Assembly: GCA_963920595.1 (NCBI GenBank)
Contig: OY986950.1
Location: 186,001-250,000 of the forward strand
Source of the DNA: Eimeria praecox
Lineage: Eukaryota
DNA: 64,000 nt
Reading direction: 5' to 3'
Under the pieces are notes generated by a model. The model was not told where the DNA came from. It ran no database searches and saw only the letters and a program-made list of their open reading frames with translations. This document shows positions 27,900-42,582 of the stretch, piece after piece (the stretch's first letter is position 1; every line of letters begins with the position of its first letter). Made by a program: the position numbers and the translations under genes.

Positions 27900-30700
27900 A
27901 TGTTATTAACATAAACAAACAAGCGCCGACGATTTTAAAAGAAGCCGAAGTGATCATTCAGCCAAGATACAGGGGCCTCCATCCGACCCATCGAGCCCTC
28001 AGACCGGCAGCTCTGCAGAACTCGATCGTCCGAGTTGGGGCTGGAGGATACTAAGCGAACCTGTGAAGAGGGCAAATAAAAGTTCAATTACTTTCCATGT
28101 AAGTAGAAAGTGAAACACATTCATTCCCACTCATGCAGCCCCTCTCGGGAGCTGTGCTTGGCTGGATACTTGAGCGTACTACATAGCCACGATCGCCATT
28201 ACAACCAGCTGCATGTGCTGCCAAGGCTTCTGCAGGCAACTCGTTTCTCCAGGCCTATCCTGACCAGTTCTTTCGCGAAGCTAGTAAACGGTTGATTGAT
28301 AATAAAATTACCGGCACATTTCGGGCTGCCTGTTCTCAAGAACCCCAGTATCGCCCTTGGCCGATGCGGAGGAGCGTATTTAGCATGGTGAAGCATGCCT
28401 GTCAGAAAATGATTCCACAATTTCTCTTTGAGCTTAACCCAGCTGTTGAGGGCCAAGGAAGTGTTTAACAATTGTTTGCAGGGTTACTGCATGCATTAAA
28501 GGGCTTCTGAGTGCATTTGCATAGGGAGTTGTTTTCCAGTTAGATGTGGAGAACGCTTTTGCAGCTGATGACAAGCTGCCTACTCTGCCGTCCAATCCCT
28601 GGCTCTCGGGAAGCTGGGGTCAGGGCGCATGGGGATGGGAGGGAACGTCATTTCCATTTTGGAGACACTCCTAAGCCGTTTTGTCTGCTTGTAGCATGTT
28701 CTGTGTGATGTTGGCACGCGTATCACTACGTGGTCGCGGGCTTATCAGAAAGAAGCAAAGAAGTGTTTAAAGACAGGCTACACCACGATCTGCAATGCTA
28801 GCGCTTGCACATTATCACCACCCGACACATATAGCGAAGTGTGTTCATGACTTCGACTTCGACAAGGAAGGAGTCCTCCGGCTGTTTCTCTGCCTTACGT
28901 AGGACGGCTTTACAGTAAATTACTTCAAGAGTATCACGAATGCGGTGGGTGGCGAGCGTTCCCGAAGGCCTACCGGCTACTGTGCTCGGCTACTGCAAAC
29001 GCGCTTGCCTGCGATGATTCCCGTTGCCTTTCTCAGTCGAGCTCTTCTTAGCGCTTACACAGCCACATGGCAGCTGCTCTTGTTGAGTTCAACATGGGCT
29101 GCAACGCATTACAGGCCGCCTCCCCTACGCACCAACCCCAGGTCCTTGGGTCAGTGTGGCCAGGACGCCGGGGGGCAGTAAAGGAAGCCAGCTGTTTTAT
29201 GGTAAGCCTTAGAGATTCTACTCCAGCCTGAGAAGGCCCTCAGCGAAGACCAAGTACCCTGGCTACAGCGGGTGCACGATGCTTTCTTTGGTGGTATATG
29301 CATTTCTTTATAACGAGAGTTCTCAATATTGACAGATGACCATAGCGAGCGGCAACAAAGTTAAAGAATTGGAGAAAAGAAATCCCGAGAAAGCACCTGG
29401 CCTCCCCTCCACCCTTCAACTGGCCTGTGCACGATGACCCAAATTCCTGGGATTGGTGCGAGGAACAGCCGGTAGCTTGCCTCCGGCTGCAACGCACTTT
29501 GCTGCGAGAAGTGCTACAAGACAGGCCCAAGCGCACGCGCAACCAATCAATCCTTTAGACGGGCTGGCGTTGTAGACAGTAGCGCAGGCTTCCTTTAAAC
29601 ACCTACTTGGCCTTCAACAGCCAGCTTGCCGGTGATTCGAGTACCAATATCAAGAGCATCATGCTCAAGGGCCTAAGGGCCTACAAACAATCTTGAAGGC
29701 ATAAGACACTGATTAGGTTGCCCCCAGTAAGCCTAAACTTATTAACTGGAAGCTATTCCAAGGGAACGGACTTTGGTGTCAATCGACAAACAGCGCTTCT
29801 CATCCTTTTTTCTTCTGCTGTCAGAACATGTGCAAAAGTTGTCGTAATGGGCAACAACTATCAGAACCGCCCCTAGTATCCTCACAGTAAACACGGCATA
29901 TCATGGATGCAGTGCTCTGGAGCATGTACCAACAACCCTAATATGGTATTTGATAACACAAACACCACTTACCATAGCGGGTTCCACTATGATGGCGCCC
30001 CGCTTGTGCCAGGAGCTGCTTCTCAGCGGCTGCCGCCGACTACGAAGGTCTCCGCAGTGACCTTGGGCCACACAGGGAGATAAGGCGCATTGGGATTTGG
30101 GATCTGAGGCGTTTTTCGGACGCATTAAGTTTGCGTAGCATTCAATGAGCTGGAAGCGTTACTACCAGAATCCTCGCCAAAGAGCGGGTGTAGGCCGCGG
30201 CGCCACACCCTCCGCGTCGAAATCGCCAGAGGAATCGAAAAAAATGCAAGGGATAGACGACTGGAAGTTGAAATGAACTTTACAGCATTTTTTCCTGCTT
30301 GCTTCTTGTTTTATCTAAGGAGTTTCAGAGTTTACCTGGCCTTTTCCAGTAGGCAAGAGCCTTCTGCGCTTCCCGTTCAGCTCGTCTTTCCAAACTCGCC
30401 CAACAATCAGGCAGATTCTTTAGTCTTCAGTGCTCACCGTGACGCCGCTTACACAGATCAAGATGCCAGATCTCAAGGCCAGATCGGGACCAACAGCTGC
30501 GAAGGGGTAACGTGATCCGGTCCACGCCACCGGTTTTGTATTGCATACCGACGGCAACATCGGAAAGTTCGGGTCGATGGACTCGCGGCACCAGGTATAT
30601 TACACCGTTAGAGCGCATTTAAATAGCTCAACAAGCAGGGGTTGCTTGTGGACGGAAGTGAACGTTGCAGTTCACACTCACGCCAGGGAAGAAACATTGG
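27900..30700 (+). mobile_element. Probable highly degenerate Ty3/Gypsy LTR-retrotransposon pol remnant
   Basis: Frameshifted motif fragments in RNaseH-then-integrase order: THA…GAVL (~28130-28160), ASKRL…NY (~28280-28312), KLLQEYHE (~28917-28940, like LLQEYHD..GGH), LPYAPTPGPWVSV (~29120-29160, like LPIPTRPWESV) and RYITPLERI (~30593-30620). There is no long ORF and no LTRs were identified. Confidence 0.4.
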
Positions 30701-31886
30701 GAAAGCGTTAACACTTTCGAGCATTCTTTCTTGGATTAGGCGTGCATATTTTTGTTGCTTAGAAGACAGTGTTACCGGAGAATGGCTTTTCTCGATTCTT
30801 GGACAAACAGCACTTGACAACAACCTGGCCGTGGCAGAGTGATAGCATTTCCAGGATCAAGGTGTACTTGGCATGAGCTTGAGGGAAACACGCATGATCT
30901 GCGCTCCAGCAACACGTAAGGTCAATAGAGTACCACTTAGAGTACTAAACAGATTATGGAGATCCGTTCAAGCGCAGGCCGAGTTACTTGCCAGTGGATA
31001 TGCAGTTGATTCTTTGGTTTGTGTGCAGTGAGTGAGGTATTGGCGGAAAAGGATTCCCAGCTTGGGGTATCCCACCCAGTGCTGCCTTACAGTTTGAAAT
31101 TGAGTGCTTGAATATCCAGTAAAATTGTTTGCAGGTGAATGCTTGTTTCCCATTATACAGCTCTTGTGTAGCGCCGGCTCGCGGTTTGACCGGCAACCTC
31201 TCACGGTTGTCGCAAGGAAGGCGAGAAAGAAGCTATGCAAGCTCATCTTTCCGCCGTGAATTTACGGTTAATTGAAATCCTCCGCAACACAGACGTCAAG
31301 TGCCTTCTGGGGGGGGGCGGTAAAATGCTTTTTACATATTGTTGCAGACACTGTGTACACCTACAGCTAGTCTAAAAAAGTAAACAAGGGATGCTGAGGG
31401 AAGCACAAGGCAAGTGCTGCAAATTGTGTGCGTAGCAATAGCTAGTGCCGACTATCTGGCGCATTTGCTCAACTCAGTAATGTAGCCATACGCGGGTTCA
31501 AGCACACGGCTCTTTAGAGCACGCAAAGTTAAAGAAACTAGCATGCAAGTGCGGAAAACGATGTGCGCCATTTGAAAAAGTTGAAGGGCTGAACAAAAGT
31601 ACTCCTGTGATCATATTGGCAATTTATATATTTATTCTAGAACTTAAGTTGAACAATTGTTCGTCCTCGATTCAAACAACAGAAGCGTAACATACCTTGC
31701 GCGAACACACTTTCAAAAACTGATGAACAGTATGGACGATGTAGGGTGCGCATGCTGAGGTGTCAAGACAGCGCAGCCTGTTTCAGGCCATGCGCTGACG
31801 TTCATTTTGCGCATTTTCATTACGACCCCCATAGAACTTCTGGCATTTCGTTGGGCTTGATCCATTTCACGCTCCAGCGACTGAAA

Positions 31887-32621
31887 ATGAAGCTCACGTT
31901 TGTCCCTATCGCTTTCGTCCTTTCCACGGTCACGACAAGCCATGTGATGCTTGGCCAGAGCAAGATCCTTTCGGCATCCATGCTCTCAGGCATGCTCTTT
32001 GGAACGAACACTCCGGAGGCTGCTGTTCCTGCAAATGTTGCAGCAACCGTTGAAGCTGCTATTGGATCTGACGCTCCTTCCGGCGGAGATGAACTCAGCG
32101 CTAGTGCGACAAGCGGGTCTGCAGACCTGACTCCCAAAGCCGAGGTCGTCCGAGAACTTGCTGAACAAACACAGCAAGCCGATTCGGGAGCTCCTGGACA
32201 AGAAGTACTGGCGAGCCAGACAGACGCCCGAGCAGCCAATGCCGAAGCGGCGACTGAGAAGATTGTTGAGGCTGCCACTGAAAGCGGGGCAACTGCATCA
32301 GCAGCTCCCAGCGATGCAGCTGCTACGGAGACGAAAGTACCAGCAACCAACATGGAGAAGCAGCAGCTCACTGAAGAGGATGCCGCAAAGAATTCTGAGC
32401 TTTTGCAGTCCGTCAGCGAGTCCGCCGAGACATCTTGGATCTCTAAAGTCAGCAAAGATAGCGCCATTGAAGCCCTCCTTCCACTTGTTGCTCTGACGCC
32501 TGTTCTGGCAGCGGCAGGATTCCACGCTGACATTGACGAGTCAACGCCTGGTGCCCCCCTTGTTCGATTCCCAAGTATCGACTACGCCGTAAGCGTAGAA
32601 GACCTCAAGAACTACAACTGA
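31887..32621 (+). CDS. Single-exon predicted secreted protein, Ala/Ser/Glu/Thr-rich
   Basis: The ATG at 31887 (AAA-ATG context) starts a signal-peptide-like MKLTFVPIAFVLSTVTTS. An acidic low-complexity middle is followed by a more complex C-terminus with a short hydrophobic stretch (ALLPLVALTPVLAAAG). Confidence 0.75.
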   Translation: MKLTFVPIAFVLSTVTTSHVMLGQSKILSASMLSGMLFGTNTPEAAVPANVAATVEAAIGSDAPSGGDELSASATSGSADLTPKAEVVRELAEQTQQADSGAPGQEVLASQTDARAANAEAATEKIVEAATESGATASAAPSDAAATETKVPATNMEKQQLTEEDAAKNSELLQSVSESAETSWISKVSKDSAIEALLPLVALTPVLAAAGFHADIDESTPGAPLVRFPSIDYAVSVEDLKNYN

Positions 32622-34731
32622 ACTTCCTATGAGCCCTAGATGGTGGTCATGCGTCGTCGGGAACCGGGAAGCGGCTTCAAGTGACTGCAATGAAACGGCT
32701 TCGGAGCGGTTCGGAGTGGTGAAACACCAAGTGTACTTCCTCCGGCCAGCATAGTGGCGGTGGCAGCGAAGCGCATGGCGTCTGCCTCAATGTTCTACTG
32801 GGGTGCTCTTGTGAATCCTTCGTGGCATCACCGTCAGCCTGGAAGCATTTGCGGTTGCCAACGCACAGAGATGCTGAGTCCTAATCAGCCATGCCGAAAG
32901 ACGCATTTTCTGCTAAAGAATTGTTTTTCTCGATACAAAACAGCATTATCTGAATGTGGCTTTCAAGCCATTCGCAAATATCTGCACCATAGTTGTGCTT
33001 CCGATAAAGCCTGTTTCGCCCTTGCGAATATGTCAATACGAAACGCGTGTAATACTGTAGTGTTCGCAAATATGACAAAGACGAATACGTGGGGAGCGGA
33101 TCATAGCTTTGCCCGAGTTTCTACACAGCTCAGAAGTGTCGGTTGGTGCCGACATGTGCCAAACAGAGCTTACAACGAAGTGTGCAGCCCGCTGGAGCAG
33201 AAGCTGAACAATTTGCTCTGGGTTTCTCTGGAGTGTGGAACGTGTGGACCATCAACACTTTCTAGGAAACAAGCCTTCGTTGACTATTAAACCACCTCAA
33301 AGTCACAAGGTCCTTAAGTAGAAAACCTGCTGCATGAGCGACGAAGGTACAGAGCTGGCTGATCCACATGTCGCATAAACGACACCTTCTGTTGAGCTCA
33401 GCAAAAAAATTGCTAAATAGGGAGTAAAGGCCCTTGAAAGATATTCACCCCACTAAGGAGCTGTGCGTCCATCTTAGGCAGTTTTGTGTTCCGTTAATCC
33501 AGATTCACACTGCATTTGTTGTATTTAGCGGAGTTAGCCACAACACTCCTTCTAGGCTCCAGGCGTTATCAGGAGCGAGATAGAAAGCAGCCCCAGCATG
33601 GTTTTGTTATGCTTCTAAAGCGTGACTGTTAAGGTGCCTCTTTTAGGAACTCAGATTTATGCAGCACGATCTGCCTGGAGCTGGTATTCGTGCCCCTGTT
33701 TGATCGCAGGCTGACCACGCAGGACCATGTACATGTTTACAGGCAGTCTAAACTTTAGCCTGCATTGACAACTAGTGCAGCCAAAGGGGGAGGTTGGCTG
33801 TGCGCGCATGAGATGCTTGCTTGGAGCAGTAGCTGCAGCAAGGGGCGGCCTGCAGCCAGTGGCAATCCTGTACGTGGCGTCTCCACTAGCGCAGGCCCTT
33901 GAGCTGCTGTGGAGAAGTGGCCGTCAGTCTGACGGTGAAATAGACGTCAGCTGATTTTTTTCAATGTATTGCCTTAAATGTCTGGCTGTTTTGCAATTCG
34001 TGACGGTTTTCGGCTAAGATCATGGGCTCTTAGGCTCTCGTTACAGAGAAAGCTAACTTGTTTCTGGGCATGCTCTGCAGCTCTCTGCATGAATTCCACT
34101 GGCAAACCTGTCCTCGAAAGCTTTTTTGTAGGTGATGTCTACAAAATAATGTCTTCGTTGAGGGAAAGCAAAAACATCCGCATGCACGCAACACTGTAGC
34201 GGGTGGATTACGCTGTGCACACATAAGATTTAAGGTGCGGATTTTCAAGTGCATAGTCGAGGGGGATTCGAAATAAAAACTATGGAGCCACCTGAACGAA
34301 AGAGAGCGGTTTACTTGTTGAATATTTGGGAAGGTGAAGATACAACGCCACGTGACTCGACGTGCAGAGGATGCGGTCGGTGCCTGAGCTGGTCTTGCTG
34401 TCGCTTGTTAGGAAGAAATCAACGGCATTATCTGCTCTTCACCTCAACTTTGTTCTGTGAGCGTATTTATACATTTTCGGCAAATTGATTTTCAGGTTTG
34501 TTGATGAGCCTCAAACGATCTCCTCGGACTCACCAGCAGCTGCTGTGCTCCCGGTCGCCTGGGCCCCGTGTTTTTCTGGTTGGTTTGTCCACTATCAGCA
34601 GGAATGCGCCTGTAAGGAGGAGGGAGTTGCTTGAATCTTTTGGAGTCGAAATGATTCAAATATAATTGACAGCTCGTAGAAGATCTCTTTTAATTGCTTT
34701 CTCTTCTTCAAGGCTTCAGTTGGCCGTTTAC

Positions 34732-36425
<1,694 letters not shown>

Positions 36426-36674
36426 CCCGTATTAATATTATATATATAATATAATATATAATATATATAATATAAATCTATAATATCATATAATATATAT
36501 ATATATACATGTATATTTATTATGTATTTATATATTACTTGTATATATTTATATATTTATATGTATATTTGTTCAAAGACGCAGAACTACACGCAAGAGT
36601 ATATCTGTTGATCTGTACTCGTTCTCGTCGATACAAGACAAATAAATAAATAAATATATTTACAAATCTATCTA

Positions 36675-36781
<107 letters not shown>

Positions 36782-37086
36782 ATACCTATATCTATATATC
36801 TATATACCTATACCTATATCTATCTATCTACATATATATATATATATATATATACAATACAATAAGAAGATGAATAATTGTCTCGTTTGACTCGATGTTC
36901 TGTGGGCGTTTGATCGTATAAATACAAATAAACAGAATATGTATTCTTCTACGAGTGGTGATTATATAGAAAGATAAACAAATACATATTATTTAAATAA
37001 ACAAATAAATAAACATGTTTAAAATAAAATAAATAAATATATTTATGTTTATATGAAAGTATAAACATAAATACATTTGACTTAAG

Positions 37087-37161
<75 letters not shown>

Positions 37162-37457
37162 TTACAGAGATTTCTTTGAGTGTTTGCTTATGCTGCTGAT
37201 GAATACAAAGAATTTACATTTGTTTTTCTTGTTTTTCTTTCTTTTTTTCTTCTTTATGTTTATATTTATTAATAAAAATACAAATAAAGAAGAAAAAAGG
37301 AAGAAAAAGAAGAAAAGCAACATCAGCAGCTGTAGATACACTCGAGAGTTTCTGATGCATCGCCGACTAAACTCTCTTCTTTCATTTCTTCTTTCATTTA
37401 CTACAAATTCAAACAATATAATACTTCATCGAATTCACCTGCTGCTGCTGTTGTTGC

Positions 37458-37543
<86 letters not shown>

Positions 37544-38646
37544 TTGTCGTGTAATATGGCTGCGGCAAGAAGTATTCTTGTGTAGGATAGTTCGAAGGCT
37601 CGCATATAAAATATAAATATAAATAAATAATAAATAATTAGTTAGAAATATTTGTTAAAGGAAATACAAAAGAAGAAAACACAAAGAAAGAAGGAAGAGA
37701 TAGAAACCGCAGATAGTTAATAAGTGGAGACAGAGAATATTTTATTATTATTTCTTAGTTTTTTTGTTTTTGTTTATTTGTTTCGACATTTTACGATTTT
37801 GTTTTCTGTTTTTTTGTTTTTGTTTGTTTGTAAATTTTGAATTCTAACTCATAATCGAATTTCTTGCTTTTCTCTTTCTGTTTGTTTCTTCTTTCTCTTT
37901 GTTGTTTCTCTGCTTTTACAACACTAGTCAACACCTACACACACTCTCTCTCTCTCTCTGTGCCTGTGTGCCTGTGTCTCTGTCTCTCTCTCTCCTCTCT
38001 CTCTGTCTGGCTCTGTCTGTCTGTCTCTCTCTCTCCTTCTCTCTCTCTTTCTCTCTCTGTCTCTCTGTCTCTGTCTCTCCTTCTCTCTCTCTCTCTGTCT
38101 CTCTCTCTCTGTCTCTCTCTCTCTGTCAATCTCTCTCCTTCTCTCTCTCTCTCCTCTCTCTCTCTCTGTCTCTCTGTCTCTCTCTACTCCATCTCTTCCA
38201 TGATTATACTTGAGTATATGTTTGTCTACTTAACGAGCTCACTCGTTTGTTTATTTATTTAATTTCTCCTTCGATCGTTTCTTCGAAGGTTGTTTCGTAT
38301 TCTTCTTCTATGCATTGTTTGTTTATTTGTTTAATAACATTTGTTTAATACTTAGTTGGTTTACTTGTTTAATATATTTGTTTGTTTGTTTATTTGTTTA
38401 ATATATTTGTTTGTTTGTTTATTTGTTTAATATATTTGTTTTCTTGTTTATTTGTTTAATATATTTGTTTGTTTGTTTGTTTATAATTTTAAAAATTTAT
38501 TTTTTTGCTTGTTTGACAAATTTGTTTTTTTGTTTGTCTGTTTAAAAAATTTATTATTAATTAAGTTAATTTAAATTAATTGAAATTAACTTAATTTAAA
38601 TTAATTTAAATAAAATAAAATAAAATTAAATAAAATTATTTTTATT

Positions 38647-39182
38647 TTATTTAATTTTACTATTTTGTATTTCTTTTTCTTGTAAAAGCCGTCTACCAAA
38701 TACTGCAAATAAGAAGCAAGCCATACTCTGAAAAATAAAAACAAAGAAAGAAAACAAAATAAAATAGAAAATAAAAAAGAAAGAAAGAAAACAAATTAAA
38801 ATATAAAATATAGAAGAAAGAGAGAAAAAAAATTAAAATATAAAATAAAAACAAAGAAAGGAAACAAATTAAAATATAAAATAAAAAAGAAACAAAGAAA
38901 ACAAATTAAAATATAAAATAAAAAGAAAGAAAGCAAACAAATTAAAATATAAAATAAAAACAAAGAAAGAAAACAAATTAAAGTATAAAATAAAAAAGAA
39001 AGAAAGAAAACACATTAAAATATAAAATATAAAACAAAGAGAGAAAGCAAATTAAAGTATAAAATAAAAAAGAAAGAAAACCAATTAAAATATAAAATAT
39101 AAAAGAAAGAAAACAAATTAAAATATTATTTATATAATATTCATAATCATAATTATGCAGCTAATCATTTTAAGCATAGTCA

Positions 39183-39259
<77 letters not shown>

Positions 39260-39388
39260 GCTCTATAAGATCTGCTTATTAATTATAATACATATTTATT
39301 TAATATTATATACATTTAATACAATACATATTTAAAATGACATAAGTTAAATAAAACAAATATTTAAAACAACAGAGATTTAATACAA

Positions 39389-39427
<39 letters not shown>

Positions 39428-40691
39428 GTATACATTTAAGATAATAAATATACAATACAAATATATATAAATATATAAAGAAGTGTATATATATATATAT
39501 CAGATAATAGACATACAATACAAATATACATAAATATATAAATAAGTATATATATATATATACATATATATCTGTTTTTCTCTTTAAACTAAAATAAATT
39601 AAAGCACTAGGATATTTGTTTCTTTGTTTTCACCATTAATACCGCCGTGGTTTTAAATGCGATTAGAGGAAGATGGTTTGAATTAAATAAATACGAAATA
39701 AAAAAAAGTAGAAAACAAAATAATAAACGAGGAGTGTTAGTTAAAGTTAAACGAATCTGAGGTGTATATACAGCTGAACGAAGCAATGCTAGAACAGGTA
39801 AGAGAAAACCAACACTAATCTAAAAACAAACAACACACACAAATTATAATTTAATATATACAGTTTATAATTGTTTTTAAATTATTATTATACCATTTAA
39901 ATTGTGCTTGTTGTTGTGATAGTTGATTAGGATTTATATTTATATTTATATTTATGTTTATGTTTATATTTATATTTATATTTATATTTATATTTATGCT
40001 TATGTTTATGTTTATGTTTATGCTTATGCTTATATTTATATTTATATTTATATTTATATTTATATTTATATTTATATTTATATTTATATTTATATTTATA
40101 TTTATATTTATATTTATATTTATATTTATATTTATATTTATATTTATATTTATATTTATATTTATATTTATATTTATATTTATACTTATACTTATATTTA
40201 TAAATGTTAATTTTTATAAATATAAATATACATGTTAATATTTATATTGTGTTTGATCTACATTTACGTTATTTGTGTTTTGTTTAATATTTTATTATAT
40301 TTATTTTATTTTTAAATATAATTTTTGTTTTTTATTTTTCAAACGGACTTCAAAAAGACAATAAGAAGAAAACAGCTGAAGAAAGGAAGAAGAAGAAAGA
40401 GCAGAAAATAATGAAAAAGAAGAAATAAAAAAACAAACACAAGTAGAAACGTAAAGAGAAATGTTTAGGTGGTTAGACACCTGAAAATGACGCCAAACAA
40501 AAACGAAAATAAAAATTAAATTAAATTTAAAATTAAAATTAAAAAATTAACAAATTAAAAATATAAAATAAAATAAAAAAGAAATATACTCTGCTTTTGG
40601 TGTTGTGCCTCCTCCAGTAGTTGCTGCTGCTCTTCCGCAGCAGCAGCAACAAACTACAATACAAACAGCAACAGCAGCAACAGAGCAACAG

Positions 40692-40723
<32 letters not shown>

Positions 40724-40868
40724 ACAGCAGCAACAACAGCAGCAACAGCGGCAACAGCAGCAGCAATTTCAACAAAAAAAACAAATAGAACAAACAGCAA
40801 CAGCAGCAAAAGACAGCAACGAAACATCGCAGAGACAGCAGCAGCAGCAGCAGCAACAACAATAAACA

Positions 40869-40914
<46 letters not shown>

Positions 40915-41703
40915 GTATAAACAAAGCAGATAAGAATCAAAGAGTCCAACATTTATTGATTCTACGTATTTAGTTATTTAACAAATAATATTTCTTAGAA
41001 CGACAAAACAAATAAATAAAATAAAATAAATAAAATATAAATAAAAACAAGAAAGAAATAAAATAAATAAAATATAAAAATAAAAATAAAAATAAAAATA
41101 AAAACAATAAAAATAAGATAGATAAAATATAGAGATAGAAATAAAAACAAGTAAAAAATAAAATAAATAAAATATAAATAGCGATATTATCTTACATAAT
41201 TAAACAGAAACGAACCAAAGACAACACAAGCCATCAAGCAAGAGAAGATAAGTCCTAAAGGAATAGAAGAAGTAGAAGTAGAAGAAGAAGAAGAAGAAGA
41301 AGAAGAGTAATTAGATTGTTTATTATTAATTATTATATTATTATTATTATTTATTTCTCTATCAAACACTATCGTTTGTTTCTCTTTATCTTGTTTATAA
41401 TATATATTGGGGTGTATGTTGAGCTCCATATTTAAAGGAGCTGCGTATACACCCCAAGTTTGAAATATAAGAAACTGCCACCATAGAATAAATACTTCTA
41501 AAGCATATTCAAGACAAAATTGTAAGATAAAAACTAAAAAACAATTAATATTTGTGTCCAAATAAATAAAACAATACGGTAGATGTTGAAAGACACAGAC
41601 AAATACAGAAAATATAAAAGAAAATATACGAAATAATAAAATATAAAATAAATGGAAAGAAGAAGAAGAAGAAGAAGAAGAAGAAAAAGAAGAAGAAGAA
41701 GGA

Positions 41704-41734
<31 letters not shown>

Positions 41735-42291
41735 GAGAAGAAGAAGGAGGAGAAGAAGAAGAAGTTATAGGGCCTGAAATATAAAACAAATAAACAAAAA
41801 CAAATAAATTAAATTAAATTAAACTAAACTAAATTAAATTATATTAAATCAAATTAAATTAATTATTAAATTAAATTAAATTAAATTATTAGTAGATAAT
41901 GCAGAGACAACAAATAGTGCGAAGGAACAAACAAACAAACAAACAAACAAACAAATAAAACAAATAAAACAAATAAAACAAATAAAACAAATAAAACAAA
42001 TAAAACAAATAAAACAAATAAACAAATAAAACAAATAAAACAAACTAAACAAATAAAACAAATAAAACAAATAAAACAAATAAAACAAATAAAACAAACT
42101 AAACAAATAAAAGACATAAAAATAATAAAAATATAAAAATATATTAATTAAAAACACAAGAAACAAACAGAGAGACAGTGAAGGAGAGAGACAGAAAAAA
42201 GAGAAGAATAAAATTTGATAATAAAATAAAATTAAATATAAAAATATAAAAATATATAAAAACAAAACAAGAATAATCGAGCTAGACAATA

Positions 42292-42333
<42 letters not shown>

Positions 42334-42546
42334 ATACAATCAAACAAATAATAAGTAGAAGAAGAAAGAGAGAGAAAAGAAGAAAAGAAAAGAAGAAAGA
42401 AGAAAAGAAACAAAAAAATTAAATAAGAAGAAAAATAAATTAGTTTGTTTGTATTCTATCTTTCTTTTGTTTTGTTCTATTAAACATTCTATTTTATTTA
42501 TATTAGTATATTATGTTATATATATATATATATATATATAGTATAT

Positions 42547-42582
<36 letters not shown>

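Noticed and set aside
31820..32533. 237-aa antisense ORF (similarly 2142-2633 and 11868-12500)
   Set aside because: These are shadow ORFs of real CDSs on the opposite strand.
32754..33290. 178-aa ORF downstream of the secreted protein
   Set aside because: It has no motifs, a non-ATG start and random-like composition, so it is likely 3' UTR or intergenic.
40539..40952. 137-aa hydrophobic ORF inside the MFS gene
   Set aside because: It is a CTG-repeat tract within an intron, and the flanking exons join in phase without it.
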